From NCBI GenBank assembly GCA_049601735.1, contig JBMYQW010000001.1, positions 1-48,195 on the forward strand: a stretch of DNA of 48,195 bases, given 5' to 3'. This DNA is from Spirulinaceae cyanobacterium (GTDB lineage: Bacteria; Cyanobacteriota; Cyanobacteriia; Cyanobacteriales; Spirulinaceae). Below are positions 47,286 to 48,195 of this stretch, piece by piece. The notes under the pieces were generated by a model. The model worked only from the letters and a program-made list of their open reading frames with translations, ran no database searches and was not told the origin of the DNA. The position numbers and the translations under genes are program-made. Every line of letters begins with the position of its first letter. Positions within the stretch are counted from its first letter, which is position 1.

Positions 47286-47370
47286 AATAACGGTCGTTCT
47301 ATTCTTGAGGATTCATTGTTCAACCGAAAAGACATTCTGTTCAATAAAACTTGGACTATAGAGTATTTGT
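47286..47370. repeat. Right copy of the ~88-bp imperfect direct repeat (att-like site B)
   Basis: It aligns with 28462-28549 (see that feature). It starts about 90 bp upstream of the integrase ATG at 47197. Confidence 0.7.
47319..47344. promoter_or_regulatory. Candidate recombinase core site in repeat B: imperfect arms with the same 6-bp spacer geometry
   Basis: The sequence is ttcaaccgaa-aagaca-ttctgttcaa. The left arm has 2 mismatches to the reverse complement of the right arm. The string gacattctgtt is shared exactly with site A. Confidence 0.45.
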
Positions 47371-47470
47371 ATTAAATGCGGCTCGGTTGGGGTTTATTGC
47401 GGATATGGGATGGAAGTTATGCTAAATGCGGATAAAATGTGTTTGGGTTACGGTTGGTTGTTGTGTACTG

Positions 47471-47503
47471 TTTATCTCAAGAGTGAGGTGTTCTTGAGAT
47501 AAA
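47471..47503 (-). terminator. Strong hairpin downstream of the truncated right-hand gene; possible terminator without a canonical T-run
   Basis: tttatctcaaga (47471-47482) and tcttgagataaa (47492-47503) are exact reverse complements with a 9-nt loop. The hairpin lies 38 nt past the stop at 47542. Confidence 0.4.
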
Positions 47504-47541
47504 TGCAAGCATAAGGCGTTTGTATTGGTTTTGAGGTGTGT

Positions 47542-48195
47542 TTACATAAACTGCTGGAACAAACCCTGATAGGTGTCCCACACCTGTCGCCACTGCCCAA
47601 TAGCGTTACGAAGTTGGTCGAGTTTTTCGCCTTCGCTCTCAGCGTTGATCTTCTGGGGCACGTTGCCAGAAAAGAGGACGGCGTGTTGGGCGCTTTGGTC
47701 TTCTTTCTGGAGTTTGATTTCGTTGATGCTGAGGTTGAGGGTTCGTTCGCCGAAGGTGTAGTTGAGGTTGAGGGTGGCTTTGAGGGGTGCGGTTCCGGCG
47801 TTTTGCCAGGGGGCTGGGGCGAGGAGGTTATTGAGGTATTGTCGGGCGGCGTCGTCGTTGTCGTCGGGGAAAGTCAAGAAGGTGCGGGGGTTGATGCTCA
47901 AGGCTTGGTAGTCGAGGTTGGGTAGGGCTTGGGCGTATTTTTGGGCGAGTTCGGGGGTTTTGAGGCTGTTGGGATCGCTGTCGGGGGCGAGGGCTTGGAT
48001 CAGGGTTAGGCTGCCGGGTTGGGAGATGAGGTTAATGCCGTTGGTGAAGGAGATTTGGGCGATTTTGGGGGTGAGGGTGGGTTTACGGGCGAGCTCCCAT
48101 TCGCTGGGGATGATGCCGCTGCCTTTGAGGAAGTTGGGGGTGAGGAGGATGGGGTTGCAGTCGGGGGCGGCTAGGGTGAGGGTTAGTTCTTGGAT
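47542..48195 (-). CDS. Conserved hypothetical protein, 5' end outside the window (218 codons visible)
   Basis: The track lists only 47542-47901, which starts on TTG. The same frame stays open to 48195 by hand translation: IQELTLTLAAPDCNPILLTPNFLKGSGIIPSEWELARKPTLTPKIAQISFTNGINLISQPGSLTLIQAL.... No family recognised. Confidence 0.7.
   Translation of the reverse strand: MQELTLTLAAPDCNPILLTPNFLKGSGIIPSEWELARKPTLTPKIAQISFTNGINLISQPGSLTLIQALAPDSDPNSLKTPELAQKYAQALPNLDYQALSINPRTFLTFPDDNDDAARQYLNNLLAPAPWQNAGTAPLKATLNLNYTFGERTLNLSINEIKLQKEDQSAQHAVLFSGNVPQKINAESEGEKLDQLRNAIGQWRQVWDTYQGLFQQFM

Larger units (their letters stand above)
28462..47370. mobile_element. ~18.8-kb integrated, plasmid-like element (or cointegrated replicon) bounded by direct att-like repeats
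   Basis: Direct repeats with recombinase-type cores sit at both ends, with a tyrosine recombinase gene just inside each end. The interior carries a Rep (CyRepA-like), parAB plus palindromic sites, and accessory operons. HIP1 density in the interior differs strongly from the flanks. The core-to-core distance is about 18,822 bp. Confidence 0.65.

Noticed and set aside
47536-47925. A plus-strand 129-aa ORF at the right end.
   Set aside because: It is antisense to the longer minus-strand reading frame, which stays open to the window edge (47542-48195) and reads like a normal globular protein. The plus-strand translation is G/V/E low-complexity.

Overview
This 48.2-kb window is almost certainly cyanobacterial. 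The evidence is the GCGATCGC (HIP1) palindromes, Uma2-family genes, a CyRepA-like Rep, an ssl1498/Psb34-like gene and high GC by eye. It has four blocks.

(1) 1-21985, minus strand: one uninterrupted giant ORF of at least 7,328 codons whose 3' end runs off the left edge. The ORF track omits it because it has no stop in the window. By hand translation it contains an N-terminal conserved domain, three tandem 1.84-kb DUF4114-like plus Ig-like modules, cadherin-like domains, about 22 PPC-like beta-sandwich repeats, a VWA domain and a C-terminal Rhs/YD-repeat shell.

(2) 22.5-28.2 kb, plus strand, divergent from the giant gene: a type I secretion-like operon. It encodes a parvulin-like PPIase, a 1025-aa ABC exporter carrying a cNMP-binding-like domain and a catalytically dead C39-like domain, and a HlyD-family adaptor.

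(3) About 28.46-47.37 kb: an 18.8-kb plasmid-like element bounded by roughly 88-bp imperfect direct repeats. Each repeat contains a tyrosine-recombinase-type core (inverted arms around a 6-bp spacer), and a tyrosine recombinase gene sits just inside each end. Its cargo is a CyRepA-like Rep, parA-parB with two 18-bp palindromic parS-like sites, two divergent six-gene operons around a 13-bp inverted-repeat operator, a small Psb34-like gene and a DUF1016 nuclease. One operon ends in tandem Uma2 nucleases. The other encodes small membrane proteins and a membrane-anchored P-loop ATPase with a zinc ribbon.

(4) 47542-48195, minus strand: a 5'-truncated conserved hypothetical gene.

The most interesting candidates are the pairing of the giant Rhs protein with the atypical ABC/MFP/PPIase operon, the excisable replicon with its att-like sites, and the two uncharacterised operons it carries. 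All domain calls come from motif reading by eye. No database search was run.
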